A DNA stretch of 64,000 nucleotides from an uncultured Desulfobacter sp. (GTDB lineage: Bacteria > Desulfobacterota > Desulfobacteria > Desulfobacterales > Desulfobacteraceae), in the NCBI GenBank assembly GCA_963665095.1, contig OY762069.1:6336001-6400000 (forward strand). The letters are read 5' to 3'. Positions 47,955-57,921 of the stretch are shown here, piece by piece. Position 1 is the stretch's first letter, and every line of letters begins with the position of its first letter. The notes below the pieces were generated by a model. That model was not told where the DNA came from and ran no database searches. It was given only the letters and a program-made list of their open reading frames with translations. The position numbers were made by a program, and so were the translations under genes.

Positions 47955-50363
47955 ATGATTGCAGCCGTTAAACATAAAGCAAGCCCGGTTGTGCCTGCTA
48001 ACAGTACAAAGCAGGATATAGAGCGCATCAGTGCTGCCATCGGGGTCAATATGCAGACGACCGATGGGTTTATCCGCTCCCTTCCTTTTGTCGGGGGTGA
48101 CGCCACGGCCGGTGCAGAAAACGAGTTCCAGGCCGTAGTTTCAGGAAAGCGCGAAAATGTGGACCTGGCCCGGGTCATTGAAACTTCCAACTACTATCGA
48201 AACCTTGTGGCGCAGGCCAGGGCAGGGGAAACGCCCGAGCGCCGCGTCATGGCCCTGGAGCGCCTGCTCAAGGAAAAAGACGGGCATAATTGGGAAAACT
48301 CCTGGGTATGGTTCCCCCGCCGGGTGCTCAATGGATTTGCCAACCAGGTGTTTAACCAGGATCTTAAAGCGGATAAGTCCATGGCTGCATCCGGATACCG
48401 CAGGGATGCCGGGTCTTTTGTGTTTGACCGAAACGGGGAACACCAGGTCCGGGTGCCGGTCTCTTATCTGCTGAAGCTGGCTTTGGCGGATGTGATCGGA
48501 GAGGAGACTGGCGTTCCTGATCCGGTGAAATTCTGGGGTCAGAGAATGCTGGCCCATTTTTCCAATGATAACAGCTCGCCGGAGCTCTTTTCCTTTTACC
48601 CGGTCAGGGCAGATGCTGCGGGCGGGTTAGGGGAAAAATTGGCCGGTGAAACCCTGATCCGGTTTCTGCTGACCCAGGCCCTGGTGGCCTATGCCGGAAG
48701 CAAGTTTGAGCTGAATGAGAACGGCCAGACAGTAAAGGTTTTTTTTTCCGCCACGCCACCCGGGGATCAGAAGCGCCTTAACGACGTTATTTCCGATGCC
48801 TTTTACCGGGAACTGTTTATGAGTCCCTGCCTGTCCGGCTGGGACAAAGGCGAGGATAAAAAAGAGTACATGAGCGTCTGCCACAAGGTCCTCTCCCGTA
48901 GCCAGATCAATGCCGTTACCCAGCTTAAGGAGGCCGGGATTATTACCTCCAATCTGGTTGTGCTGCCCAATACCTCCAACGTCAGCCTGGCCAACAACGG
49001 CACCCATGTGAGCCTGGGCAGCATTAAACTGTCCGGAAGTCTTTCCGATCCGGGGTCCGGACTTACAGAGCGGGATGAGAAATTCACAGGAGACCTGGCC
49101 ATTAAAATAAGTGAGCATTTTTTGCCCCTGCTGGCCACCACCTATTCAGCTGCGCCCCATCGATTTGATTATGAAGAGTTCCATCCTGAAAGGGTCTTGG
49201 GTTTCATCCCCCATGAACTGACACACACCCATCTTCGGATGATCTGGCGGCGCTGGAAGAAAAAAGCGGCCATTCAGGTGATGGGGCGCTCTCTGACGCC
49301 CTTTGGTCCTGTGTGGCTGGATCGATTTATTGCCAGAGCCTTCCGGCTCAAAGGCGATTTTGTACCGGACGGCCGCCTTATTGATTATTTTACCTCGGTG
49401 ATGAGTACCTTCCAGAGCCCGGCCCTGAACGGCCGCCCGGAAAGCGAGGCGCACCTGAAAAGGGATCTTACCGAGATGGGGGTGTTTGACGAACGAATGG
49501 CCCTGTATCAGCTGGTCCGGTTGAGAAAATATCACCAGATGGGTTATTCCGGGTTTGAACACCGGTATTTCAGCGTGTTTGAAGATATTGTCGGGGATAT
49601 GGGCAGAGCGGCCGACCTGCAGGTTCTGATCACGGCGCTGGCTCAGAAATATATCTATTCACAAGCTGTGGACCACGCAATGATACCCGATTATCCGTCG
49701 GTTGAAAGCGAACGGCGTCAGATTTTTTTCTGTACAGCCATCGGGATCCCCACCTTTTTTGTAAAAACACATACCCGGAATCAGTTTTTGTTGAAAATTT
49801 TGAAAACTACGGCAAAAACCCGGGCCAGTCGCAGATATCCAGGATATACCCGGGTGCTGGTTAAAGAGTACCAGCGTGCCTTGATACAGGTGATTAGACA
49901 GGACGGAGCCGATCTGGTGGAGGCTTTTAATCTTTCATTCCATCTGGATGACCTCGAAAGAAGGATCAGCTCCCCGGCGACCCATGCCGCATGGGGGCGG
50001 ATCACCTCCGGGATTCTTTCGGACACCACTAAAAACAGCCCCATGGCCATGCCAGGTCGCGCCTTTAACTCACGGGCGGAACAGTATTACGGAAAAACAT
50101 TGCTGTGCGAGCATATCCGACAGGCGCTTGAGTTTTTGGGAAAAGCCTTGGAACAAATGGACCTCTGGGCTCAGTACCGGGACACCTCCTATGGTCAGGC
50201 CATTGAGAAGATTCTCGGCAGCCAGGATCTGCTGCAGTTTTTAAAAGCCATGCGACAGGATTTTATGGACGGCACCTGCGAACCTGCCACACTTAGAAAG
50301 TTTATCTATCTGACCATTCTTGTAATCAGCCGGGAGATGCAGACCTGGCAGGACAGTGAATAG
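47955..50363 (+). CDS. large uncharacterised protein, probable glutamate-cysteine-ligase (GCS2/YbdK)-fold carboxylate-amine ligase
   Basis: Ordered motifs TAGAENE, NGTHVSLG, HFLPLLATTYSAAP and LYQLVR..GFEHR. The ORF itself is secure; the fold call is by eye. Confidence 0.6.
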   Translation: MIAAVKHKASPVVPANSTKQDIERISAAIGVNMQTTDGFIRSLPFVGGDATAGAENEFQAVVSGKRENVDLARVIETSNYYRNLVAQARAGETPERRVMALERLLKEKDGHNWENSWVWFPRRVLNGFANQVFNQDLKADKSMAASGYRRDAGSFVFDRNGEHQVRVPVSYLLKLALADVIGEETGVPDPVKFWGQRMLAHFSNDNSSPELFSFYPVRADAAGGLGEKLAGETLIRFLLTQALVAYAGSKFELNENGQTVKVFFSATPPGDQKRLNDVISDAFYRELFMSPCLSGWDKGEDKKEYMSVCHKVLSRSQINAVTQLKEAGIITSNLVVLPNTSNVSLANNGTHVSLGSIKLSGSLSDPGSGLTERDEKFTGDLAIKISEHFLPLLATTYSAAPHRFDYEEFHPERVLGFIPHELTHTHLRMIWRRWKKKAAIQVMGRSLTPFGPVWLDRFIARAFRLKGDFVPDGRLIDYFTSVMSTFQSPALNGRPESEAHLKRDLTEMGVFDERMALYQLVRLRKYHQMGYSGFEHRYFSVFEDIVGDMGRAADLQVLITALAQKYIYSQAVDHAMIPDYPSVESERRQIFFCTAIGIPTFFVKTHTRNQFLLKILKTTAKTRASRRYPGYTRVLVKEYQRALIQVIRQDGADLVEAFNLSFHLDDLERRISSPATHAAWGRITSGILSDTTKNSPMAMPGRAFNSRAEQYYGKTLLCEHIRQALEFLGKALEQMDLWAQYRDTSYGQAIEKILGSQDLLQFLKAMRQDFMDGTCEPATLRKFIYLTILVISREMQTWQDSE

Positions 50364-50387
50364 AATTTCCCTTCCAATAATCACCAT

Positions 50388-50535
50388 CTGAACGAAAATC
50401 CCGTGCTTGGTGTTTGGACGAAAAGTTGCCCAGATGCAAGGCGCAAGCAAAGCTGCAACCGGAGCGTACTTCAGTACGTGAGGATTGCAGCTTTGTGCAG
50501 CAACGCCGCAGGTGGGTGACTTTTCGTCCAAACAC
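50388..50535. repeat. palindromic intergenic repeat (MITE/REP-like), full copy
   Basis: Inverted arms GTGTTTGGACGAAAAG (50410-50425) and CTTTTCGTCCAAACAC (50520-50535), inner CAAAGCTGCAA/TTGCAGCTTTG and CGTAC-TTCA-GTACG; partial second copy at 27505. Confidence 0.85.
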
Positions 50536-50707
50536 TAATTACCATCATTGCGTTTCGATTGTTGCTTGACCAAAGTATAACGCTGTTATAGATCTGGCAC
50601 AGCCCTATGCTGTTCTATGCATGCTGCTCCCTGATCAGCGAACAGATCAAGGAACAGGCCGCAGGGAAAACACCCTTAACCCTTTGCCCGATTTAACGGA
50701 AGGAAAA

Positions 50708-51724
50708 ATGATGGCCCCTCAAGCACTGCACAAAACCGCGATTATTATTGACAACACCTGTCCTCTGGCTGTGCTGGATCAATTCCATGACAATTACCGC
50801 AATGGCGGGGTTACAGCCATAGCCGCCACTGTCGGGTATGGCGTGCCGGGGCTCGGCAATCTGGACTTTACCATGAAGAATCTTGGCAAATGGCATGCCT
50901 GGATGCGTGAGAAAGAGCGCAACCTTTTGCATGTAACCCGGGTGGAACATCTTTTTCAAGCCAAAGAGCAGGGAAAGCTTGGAATTATTTTTCATTTCCA
51001 GGGCAGCATGCCTTTTGGGGATGATGTGAACACAGCCAGTCTTTATCACCAGCTTGGAGTGCGGATGTGTCAGCTCTGCTACAATGAAAAGGATCTGGTC
51101 GGCTGTGGCTGCGCGGTGGAAGAGGATACCGGGCTGACCCCTTTTGGGCAGGAGCTGATTGCTGAAATGAACCGCCTTGGCATTGTGGTGGACTGCGGTC
51201 ATACCGGAGAGAAAACCACACTGGATGCCATTGCCGCATCAAGCAGTCCCGTGGTTATCTCCCACGGAAATGCCCGGGCCGTATGCCATAACCGCAGAAA
51301 TCTCAGTGATGACCTGATCCGGGCCATTGCCGAAAACGGCGGTGTGGTGGGATTTAACGGCTATCCGGGCTTTGTGGCAGACAAGGAACGGCCCTCCCTG
51401 GACGATCTTCTGGACCATGTGGACCATATGGCCTCCCTGGCAGGGCCGGAACATATCTGTCTGGGTATGGATTATTTTGAATATCAGGCCGGGGCAACAG
51501 ATGATGTCACCGCCGGCCAGATTTACGACTTTCTCATTGAATCCGGGGCCTGGAATAAAACCGATTATCCACCACCGCCCTGGCATTTCCCCCAGGGTGT
51601 TGAAATGCCTGAAAAGCTGTGGAATTTAACTGCCGGCCTTGCCCAAAGAGGGTACAGCCCGGAGCAGATCAAAGGCATTCTCGGACTCAACATGCTCAAG
51701 GTGTTTGAGACGGTCTGGAAATAG
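50708..51724 (+). CDS. membrane/renal dipeptidase family (M19) protein
   Basis: QLCYN, GLTPFG..LIAEMNRLGIVVD..H, ISHGN, RNLSD, GMD. Confidence 0.87.
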   Translation: MMAPQALHKTAIIIDNTCPLAVLDQFHDNYRNGGVTAIAATVGYGVPGLGNLDFTMKNLGKWHAWMREKERNLLHVTRVEHLFQAKEQGKLGIIFHFQGSMPFGDDVNTASLYHQLGVRMCQLCYNEKDLVGCGCAVEEDTGLTPFGQELIAEMNRLGIVVDCGHTGEKTTLDAIAASSSPVVISHGNARAVCHNRRNLSDDLIRAIAENGGVVGFNGYPGFVADKERPSLDDLLDHVDHMASLAGPEHICLGMDYFEYQAGATDDVTAGQIYDFLIESGAWNKTDYPPPPWHFPQGVEMPEKLWNLTAGLAQRGYSPEQIKGILGLNMLKVFETVWK

Positions 51725-54674
51725 CTTTTTCTTCCTTGTCACTGCCTGTTGTTTCTTTTAATTTAAAGGAACAAACTTTTGTGTTGGACAGGCTTGCGGC
51801 AGAGTCTGAAATACCTGACAGATTGATATTGATATCTGTGATAAAATCAATGCCGTCCATGTCCTCGGTAATTGTTACAGCTTCCGGGGAATTCAGGGAC
51901 GGGTATGCCCCGCAGGCCTCTGCTTCATCACACAGATATCCGTCATTATTGGAATCTGTGCCAGCATAAACAAGGAGAGATTTATTATAATAATCACCTG
52001 TCAGGCTGAATTCATAAACCCCGTTTTCACCGGCGGATGAGAACTGGTCCACTACCTGGTAGGTATCCGGATCGATCAGAATCACATAATGATAACCGCC
52101 ATCCGTGGTGGCCGAGTAATCCCCCACCCGCATGGTGACGGAAACAGTGGCATCATTCTGGCTGGAACCTGAAAAGGTAATGGTGCCTGAATAGGACCCA
52201 TTGGAAAGTCCGGAGCGGTCCACTGTGATTGTATACGTACCCAGACTGGTGCTGTCAGTGTCTGTGGCTGTAACGGAGAGCCAGGACGAGTCTGAAACAG
52301 CGCTGCTCACGGTTAATGTGCCCCCGCTCAGGTTGGAAACCGTTACCTCACTGCTTGTCAGGGCCGTTCCAAAGCTGATGCTGGAGGGACTGACTGTCAT
52401 GATTGCCGGGATATACCCGTTTTCAGCACTCTCTTTTGCCACTGTCACGGCTTTTTCAGCATCAATCATCCCGTAACCAAAGTAATTGTCCCGTCCGGAG
52501 TCCCCCAGGTCCCGGGTAAGATATCCCCCTGCCAGAAGACCGTCGAATTCCTCCGGGGTCAGGGCCGGATAAATGCTTTTCATCAGTGCCGCGACCCCTG
52601 CTACATGGGGTGTGGCCATACTGGTGCCAGACATGTTTTCATAGGTGTAGGTGAAGGTCGTACCACTTTTGTCCCCGCAGGTGCTGTACACCTGGGCAGA
52701 TGACGATCCTCCCGGGGCTGCCACATCAACAGTGCTGCCGTAATTTGAATAGGAAGCAAATGTCTGGCTGCTGGTTACCGCGCTTACCGATACCACACCG
52801 TCATAGGCGGCTGGGTAGGAATTTTCAGAGGATGCATCGTTGCCGGCAGCCGCAACAACAATGATGCCCTGTTCCCGGACCTCATCATAGATTTCCTGCT
52901 CATAGCTTGTGGCACCTTCACCGCCAAGGCTCATATTAATAATATCTGCCGGATTATCAGGAACCGTGCCGGAATCGTTATCAAGACCGGCGGCATACTT
53001 GACGGCCTGCATAACATCGTAGGTGGTGCCTCCGCCAATGCCCAGGGCACGCAACGGCATGATTTTTATGTTCCAGGCCACGCCGGCGATCCCGGGACTT
53101 TCATCTGCCTCCGTATTGGACTCTGCAGCGATGATGCCTGCCACATGGGTGCCGTGAAAGGAACAGTCCGCATCATTGTCATCATCCCCGGTATCATCCG
53201 GGTTGTCATCAATACCTGATTCATCATCCCCTGAGATGCTGTCTTCCGAAATAAAGTCATATCCGTCCACAAGCTGGTCATTGAGGTCCGGATGGCTGAG
53301 CAGCACACCGGTATCCACGACAGCCACAATCACATCGCTGGAACCTGTGGTGATATCCCAGGCCGCCTCAAGGTTGATTAAAGGAAGGTTCCACTGGTGT
53401 GCTGAATAATACTCATCATTGGGTGTTGCCAAGGCCTTACGAATATAGTTGGGCTCTGCATATTTCACACCGGACTGCTGGCGTAACCCCCGGATCATCC
53501 ACAGGGTTTCCAGTTTTTCTCTGGTCTCGTCATCCATATTGCCAGGGGCCACACTGCGCTGGAATGCGTCGCCCACCCCCAGTTTTTCAAACAAAGTATC
53601 TTTATCCGCATATTCTTTGGGGGCTAACAGTTTGTCCCGGCTGGCACGGCCTGCTTTTGTGGAAAACCCCAAAGCAGATACAGCTTTGGGTTCTGCTGCA
53701 GATGAGGCACTGACCCCAGTGCTGTCATCTTCAAACCGGACCAGAATCTCTCCGGGCACAAAATTATCCTTAACGCGCAACTGCCCGGTATTGGCGATTT
53801 CAGCCTGTCCGAGAATCAGTGCATACATGGTGAATGTACGGATGACACCGGATTCCACTGCTACCACGCGGACATAATAGATGCCGTCCGATGGTACAGT
53901 CAGAGAGGCAATACCATTGCTGTCGGTTGTGGTTGATCCCACAAGGGACTGGCTGCTGTCATACAGATACAGATCCAGTTCAGATGTCCGGGTATCTTCC
54001 ACCATGTACAGGGTGACAACCAGGCCTTCGGTCAGTTCGATCTGATAGTAATCCTCATAATCGCCGCTGAAGGAAAATCTATCCCCGAATGAGCCGGTAA
54101 AGTTTACATTCACAAACCCGCTGACCGTGATCAAATCATCCGAGACAGATATCTCCTGAGCCGCGTCAAAGGAGTCATTGGAGGTATATGAGGCATTGGG
54201 GTCATTGACATCACTGTCTTCAATCATATTCTGTGCAGAGGTAATTGTCCCGGAGACGGTTCCATTTTCCGGCGTATCATTTTCCTGTACTTCAATTTGT
54301 TTTGAGGTACTGCCTGTGGCGCCGCCATTATCGGTAACCGTTAGCTGCACGGTATATGTCCCGGCTGTCTGAAACGCGTGCAGCACGGTTTCTCCACTGC
54401 CTGAATCTCCGTCGCCAAAGTCCCATTGAAAGGTATATATCGTTCCATCGCTGTCAGTGGAGTCGGACCCGTCAAATTCCATCTCCTCTGTGGCAGTGCC
54501 CACCTCTGGTGATATGCTGAATGACGCTGCCGGTGCCGCATTGTCTGAATCAGAGCCGCCACCGCCTCCACTGTTACAGCCGGTGCTTAAAAGGATGATA
54601 CCGGCCAGCACAGCCAGAATGGATTTATTTTTAATTATGAACGTCCATGGTTTCAATATGGTCATAACAGCCAT
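51696..54674 (-). CDS. S8 subtilase lipoprotein with PKD, PPC-like and BACON-like domains
   Basis: Lipobox LSTGC; PKD WDFGDG; catalytic VVDTG, HGTHVAG, AAGN and GTSMATPHVAG. Confidence 0.9.
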   Translation of the reverse strand: MAVMTILKPWTFIIKNKSILAVLAGIILLSTGCNSGGGGGSDSDNAAPAASFSISPEVGTATEEMEFDGSDSTDSDGTIYTFQWDFGDGDSGSGETVLHAFQTAGTYTVQLTVTDNGGATGSTSKQIEVQENDTPENGTVSGTITSAQNMIEDSDVNDPNASYTSNDSFDAAQEISVSDDLITVSGFVNVNFTGSFGDRFSFSGDYEDYYQIELTEGLVVTLYMVEDTRTSELDLYLYDSSQSLVGSTTTDSNGIASLTVPSDGIYYVRVVAVESGVIRTFTMYALILGQAEIANTGQLRVKDNFVPGEILVRFEDDSTGVSASSAAEPKAVSALGFSTKAGRASRDKLLAPKEYADKDTLFEKLGVGDAFQRSVAPGNMDDETREKLETLWMIRGLRQQSGVKYAEPNYIRKALATPNDEYYSAHQWNLPLINLEAAWDITTGSSDVIVAVVDTGVLLSHPDLNDQLVDGYDFISEDSISGDDESGIDDNPDDTGDDDNDADCSFHGTHVAGIIAAESNTEADESPGIAGVAWNIKIMPLRALGIGGGTTYDVMQAVKYAAGLDNDSGTVPDNPADIINMSLGGEGATSYEQEIYDEVREQGIIVVAAAGNDASSENSYPAAYDGVVSVSAVTSSQTFASYSNYGSTVDVAAPGGSSSAQVYSTCGDKSGTTFTYTYENMSGTSMATPHVAGVAALMKSIYPALTPEEFDGLLAGGYLTRDLGDSGRDNYFGYGMIDAEKAVTVAKESAENGYIPAIMTVSPSSISFGTALTSSEVTVSNLSGGTLTVSSAVSDSSWLSVTATDTDSTSLGTYTITVDRSGLSNGSYSGTITFSGSSQNDATVSVTMRVGDYSATTDGGYHYVILIDPDTYQVVDQFSSAGENGVYEFSLTGDYYNKSLLVYAGTDSNNDGYLCDEAEACGAYPSLNSPEAVTITEDMDGIDFITDININLSGISDSAASLSNTKVCSFKLKETTGSDKEEKAISRPSQTP

Positions 54675-54909
54675 TTCCCTTTCCTGTTGGATACAAAGGT
54701 GGAATTGTTTTTGAGGTTGTTAAAATTTTCTTTGAAACTGCCAGATGGAAAAAACCGGGTAGATTTGTTCAGTACTCCTATATTCACGTATTGCACGGGT
54801 TCTGTCAATATTTGGCTGGCAGAACTGCCACATTCAGCCACCCAGGCACGTGTGATCTATCTATGCTGAGGTAACATATTTTGTCAAGAAGGGGGGAAAG
54901 AATAAAGTC

Positions 54910-54958
54910 TCATGGGTCCGTCTCCGAACCCATGATCGTCCGTTTTGATCATGGGTCC
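54910..54958. repeat. three alternating copies of TCATGGGT (+,-,+)
   Basis: TCATGGGTCCG (54910), ACCCATGATC (54928) and GATCATGGGTCC (54947), downstream of efpL. Confidence 0.6.
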
Positions 54959-54977
54959 GAATCAGGCAGGGGATAAA

Positions 54978-55544
54978 TCAGGCCCGGGACATGTATTTTC
55001 TGGTTTCGGTATTCACCTTGACCATCTCGCCGGTGTCAAGATATTCCGGTATCTGGATTTCAACTCCGTTGGACAGGGTGGCGGGTTTTGTTCTGGCTGT
55101 GGCGCTGGCACCTTTGATGCCGGGGGCTGTTTCAGTAATTTCAAAAACAAGTGAAGCAGGAATTTCAATGGCTGCCAGGTTGCCGTCAATGAACATCCCC
55201 ACAATATCCTCCATGCCGTCTGTGAGCCATACCAGCTGGTCTTCAATGGCATCCTCGGCAATCATGTACTGGCCGTATTCCACTGTGTCCATAAATACAT
55301 GCAGATCCCCGTCCGGATAGAGGTACTGCACAGATTTTCTCTGCAAGTCCACGTCGTCCAGCATATCCGCACCCTTATACGACTCTTCATATTTCTGACG
55401 GGTTTTGATACTGCTGAATCTGACCTTGTAAAGGGTGACAGCCCCCCTTGCGGACGGTGTTTTTACATCAATATGTTTGACCAGATGGGGCTCGCCGCTG
55501 ATACTGACTACCTGGCCTTTTTTTAAATCACATGCTTTTGGCAT
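54978..55544 (-). CDS. efpL: elongation factor P-like protein EfpL (YeiP)
   Basis: Tip loop TPSARGA (Arg rather than KPGKG), PGIKGASATARTKPATL..G, YMSRA; AGGAG RBS. Confidence 0.9.
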   Translation of the reverse strand: MPKACDLKKGQVVSISGEPHLVKHIDVKTPSARGAVTLYKVRFSSIKTRQKYEESYKGADMLDDVDLQRKSVQYLYPDGDLHVFMDTVEYGQYMIAEDAIEDQLVWLTDGMEDIVGMFIDGNLAAIEIPASLVFEITETAPGIKGASATARTKPATLSNGVEIQIPEYLDTGEMVKVNTETRKYMSRA

Positions 55545-55752
55545 ATTGGTTTCTCCTGTAATATGGGGATGGTCCTGCTTTGACAACATGTCGTCCTGCG
55601 CTCAAATGCTGCAGATATTTTTTGCCTGTTTACCAGTCAAAAGGGTCCAAGGCAAGTTTTATTCAATCTTCTTGACTGTTATTTGTTTTTTTGCGTTAAT
55701 AGCCTGGCATAAATTAGAGATGCCGTAACATTATGAATTAAAGGAGTTTTTA

Positions 55753-56979
55753 ATGGCAAAGGAAAAAGTGGTTCTGGCATATTCCGGCGGGCTTGATACG
55801 TCGGTAATCCTTAAATGGCTGCTGGAGCAGGGATACGAAGTTTTTGCATACATGGCTGATATCGGCCAGGAAGAAGACTTTAAAGCGGCTGAGCAGAAGG
55901 CCCTTAAAATCGGTGCCTCAAAGGTGTTTATTGAGGATATGAAAAAAGAGTTTGTCACCGATTATATATTTCCCGTTTTTAAATCAAACACCGTATATGA
56001 AGGCCGCTATCTTTTAGGAACCGCCATTGCCCGGCCCATCATTGCCAAAAAGCAGATTGAAATCGCCAATAAAGTGGGTGCCCAGTATGTGTCCCACGGC
56101 GCCACCGGCAAAGGAAACGACCAGGTCCGGTTTGAGCTCTCCTACTATGCCCTGAATCCGGCCATCAAGGTGATTGCCCCGTGGAAAGATAAAGGTTTCC
56201 TTGACGCCTTCCAGGGCCGGTCTGACCTTCTGGCCTATGCGGAAAAGCATGGAATTCCAACCAAACAGACCGCAGCCAAACCCTATAGTGAGGATGAAAA
56301 CCTGCTGCACATCTCCCATGAGGCAGGTATTCTCGAAGACCCGGGCGCTGTATGTGATGAGAGCATTTATTCCAGGACTGTTTCCCCGGAAAAGGCCCCG
56401 GATACGCCCACCCGCATTACCATTGAATTCAAGGATGGGATTCCGGTGAAGGTGAAGAACCTGGAAGACGGCACCGAGAAAACAGACGCCCTGGAATTGT
56501 TTGAATACTTAAATACACTGGGTGCTGAAAACGGTATCGGCCGTCTGGACATGGTGGAGAACCGGTTTGTGGGCATCAAATCCCGCGGTGTGTATGAAAC
56601 CCCGGGGGGAACCATCCTGCACGAGGCCCACAAGGACATTGAAGGCGTTGCCATGGACCGTGAGGTGATGCGGCTTCGTGACATGCTGGCAGCCAAACTC
56701 GGTGAACTGGTTTACTATGGGTTCTGGTTCAGCCCGGAAATGGATTTTCTCATGGCCGCCATGGACAAAAGCCAGGAACTCATCGACGGCGAAGTAACAT
56801 TGAAACTGTTTAAAGGGGTGGCCTATCCCATCTCAAGGACCTCGCCTTCATCCCTTTACAACCAGGATCTCTCCTCCATGGATATCACCGGCGGCTACAA
56901 CCAGGAAGATGCCGAAGGTTTCATCCGCGTTAACGCCATCCGCCTGATGGCCCACAGGGACATTACTTCCAGAAACTGA
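55753..56979 (+). CDS. argG: argininosuccinate synthase
   Basis: [40 protein letters not shown]. Confidence 0.97.
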   Translation: MAKEKVVLAYSGGLDTSVILKWLLEQGYEVFAYMADIGQEEDFKAAEQKALKIGASKVFIEDMKKEFVTDYIFPVFKSNTVYEGRYLLGTAIARPIIAKKQIEIANKVGAQYVSHGATGKGNDQVRFELSYYALNPAIKVIAPWKDKGFLDAFQGRSDLLAYAEKHGIPTKQTAAKPYSEDENLLHISHEAGILEDPGAVCDESIYSRTVSPEKAPDTPTRITIEFKDGIPVKVKNLEDGTEKTDALELFEYLNTLGAENGIGRLDMVENRFVGIKSRGVYETPGGTILHEAHKDIEGVAMDREVMRLRDMLAAKLGELVYYGFWFSPEMDFLMAAMDKSQELIDGEVTLKLFKGVAYPISRTSPSSLYNQDLSSMDITGGYNQEDAEGFIRVNAIRLMAHRDITSRN

Positions 56980-56995
56980 TATTGCTTCAACTGCG

Positions 56996-57026
56996 TCCGG
57001 CACAGGCCCTAAACGTCTGTGCCGGA
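56996..57026. terminator. hairpin between convergent argG and marR
   Basis: TCCGGCACAG-N11-CTGTGCCGGA. Confidence 0.5.
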
Positions 57027-57065
57027 TGATGCATAGCACTTCCGTGGGTTTTTTCTGATGGCTGA

Positions 57066-57608
57066 CTATGGCTGGAACCGTCTGCCTTGGAATGGGCCGT
57101 GTCCATGGTGGCGGGGCCTGCGTCCAAGCCTGCGATGTCCGTGAGAATGGGACGGGGCATCCGATTCGCTCTTTAATGATTCAATGAGTTTTTCAAGAAT
57201 TTTTTTCAACTGTTCCTGTTCTTCAGAGTTGAGACAGGCGAACATGCTGTTTTCATTGTTCATGCCGGCGGATGTCATCTCCTGACACCCATCAGGCTTT
57301 GACAACGGAATTGTGGAAATGATAAAGCCTCTTTTATCTTCAGGGTTTTTTTCCCGTTTAATAAAACCGCTCCGCTCCAGTTTGCCTATGATTTCGCTTA
57401 AAGAGGATGAGCGAATATCAAGCAGCGCCATCAGCTCCTTCTGTGTTATCTGACCCCGCTCCCTGATGATAGAAAGGGTTCGGGCCTGGGCATGGTTCCC
57501 ATGGTCGTGTCGGTGGGAAATTCTTGCCATCATTCTATAGGTCATCCGGAACAGGTGGGCCAGATTCCGGTCACCTGTTTCCGGGATTGTCGATTCACCC
57601 ATTCCCAT
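57066..57608 (-). CDS. MarR family regulator with His-rich segments
   Basis: ITQKEL..LDIRSSSLSE.IGKLE..GFI.R....DKR. Confidence 0.88.
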   Translation of the reverse strand: MGMGESTIPETGDRNLAHLFRMTYRMMARISHRHDHGNHAQARTLSIIRERGQITQKELMALLDIRSSSLSEIIGKLERSGFIKREKNPEDKRGFIISTIPLSKPDGCQEMTSAGMNNENSMFACLNSEEQEQLKKILEKLIESLKSESDAPSHSHGHRRLGRRPRHHGHGPFQGRRFQP

Positions 57609-57614
57609 ATTCGT

Positions 57615-57899
57615 TTAGCATCCCTTGCCGGAAGATTCAAAAAAAGCCTCTCCCTTTGGGCAGCCAGGTGCACTGGCGGGGCAGTGGTTTTTGCAAAGGG
57701 GACAGGCATCCAGGGTAATGCCGGTATCCATTGGCCGGGGCATGACTGGTATTTCGTCCGGTCTCTTTAATGTATGTAAAAAGCCCGTGGAGGCTCCGCC
57801 TCCACGACCAAAGCCCTGTCCAAAACCGTGGTGGCGTCCGTGTGTTCCCCGGCGTCCTCCGCATCTATCTTTTCTTCCGTGTTTTCTGTTTCCAAACAT
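57615..57899 (-). CDS. small Gly/Arg/His-rich protein with C-terminal Cys cluster
   Basis: AAGGAG RBS; GRHHGFGQGFGRGGG; CPLCKNHCPASAPGCPKG. Confidence 0.75.
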   Translation of the reverse strand: MFGNRKHGRKDRCGGRRGTHGRHHGFGQGFGRGGGASTGFLHTLKRPDEIPVMPRPMDTGITLDACPLCKNHCPASAPGCPKGEAFFESSGKGC

Positions 57900-57921
57900 A
57901 GTATCTCCTTGTAATGAATTG

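Noticed and set aside
50595..50611. sigma-54-like TGGCACAGCCCTATGC before the dipeptidase
   Set aside because: GG-to-GC spacing is 11 rather than the required 10. A TTGACC box and a TATAAC-N3-GTTATA palindrome nearby fit sigma70 better.
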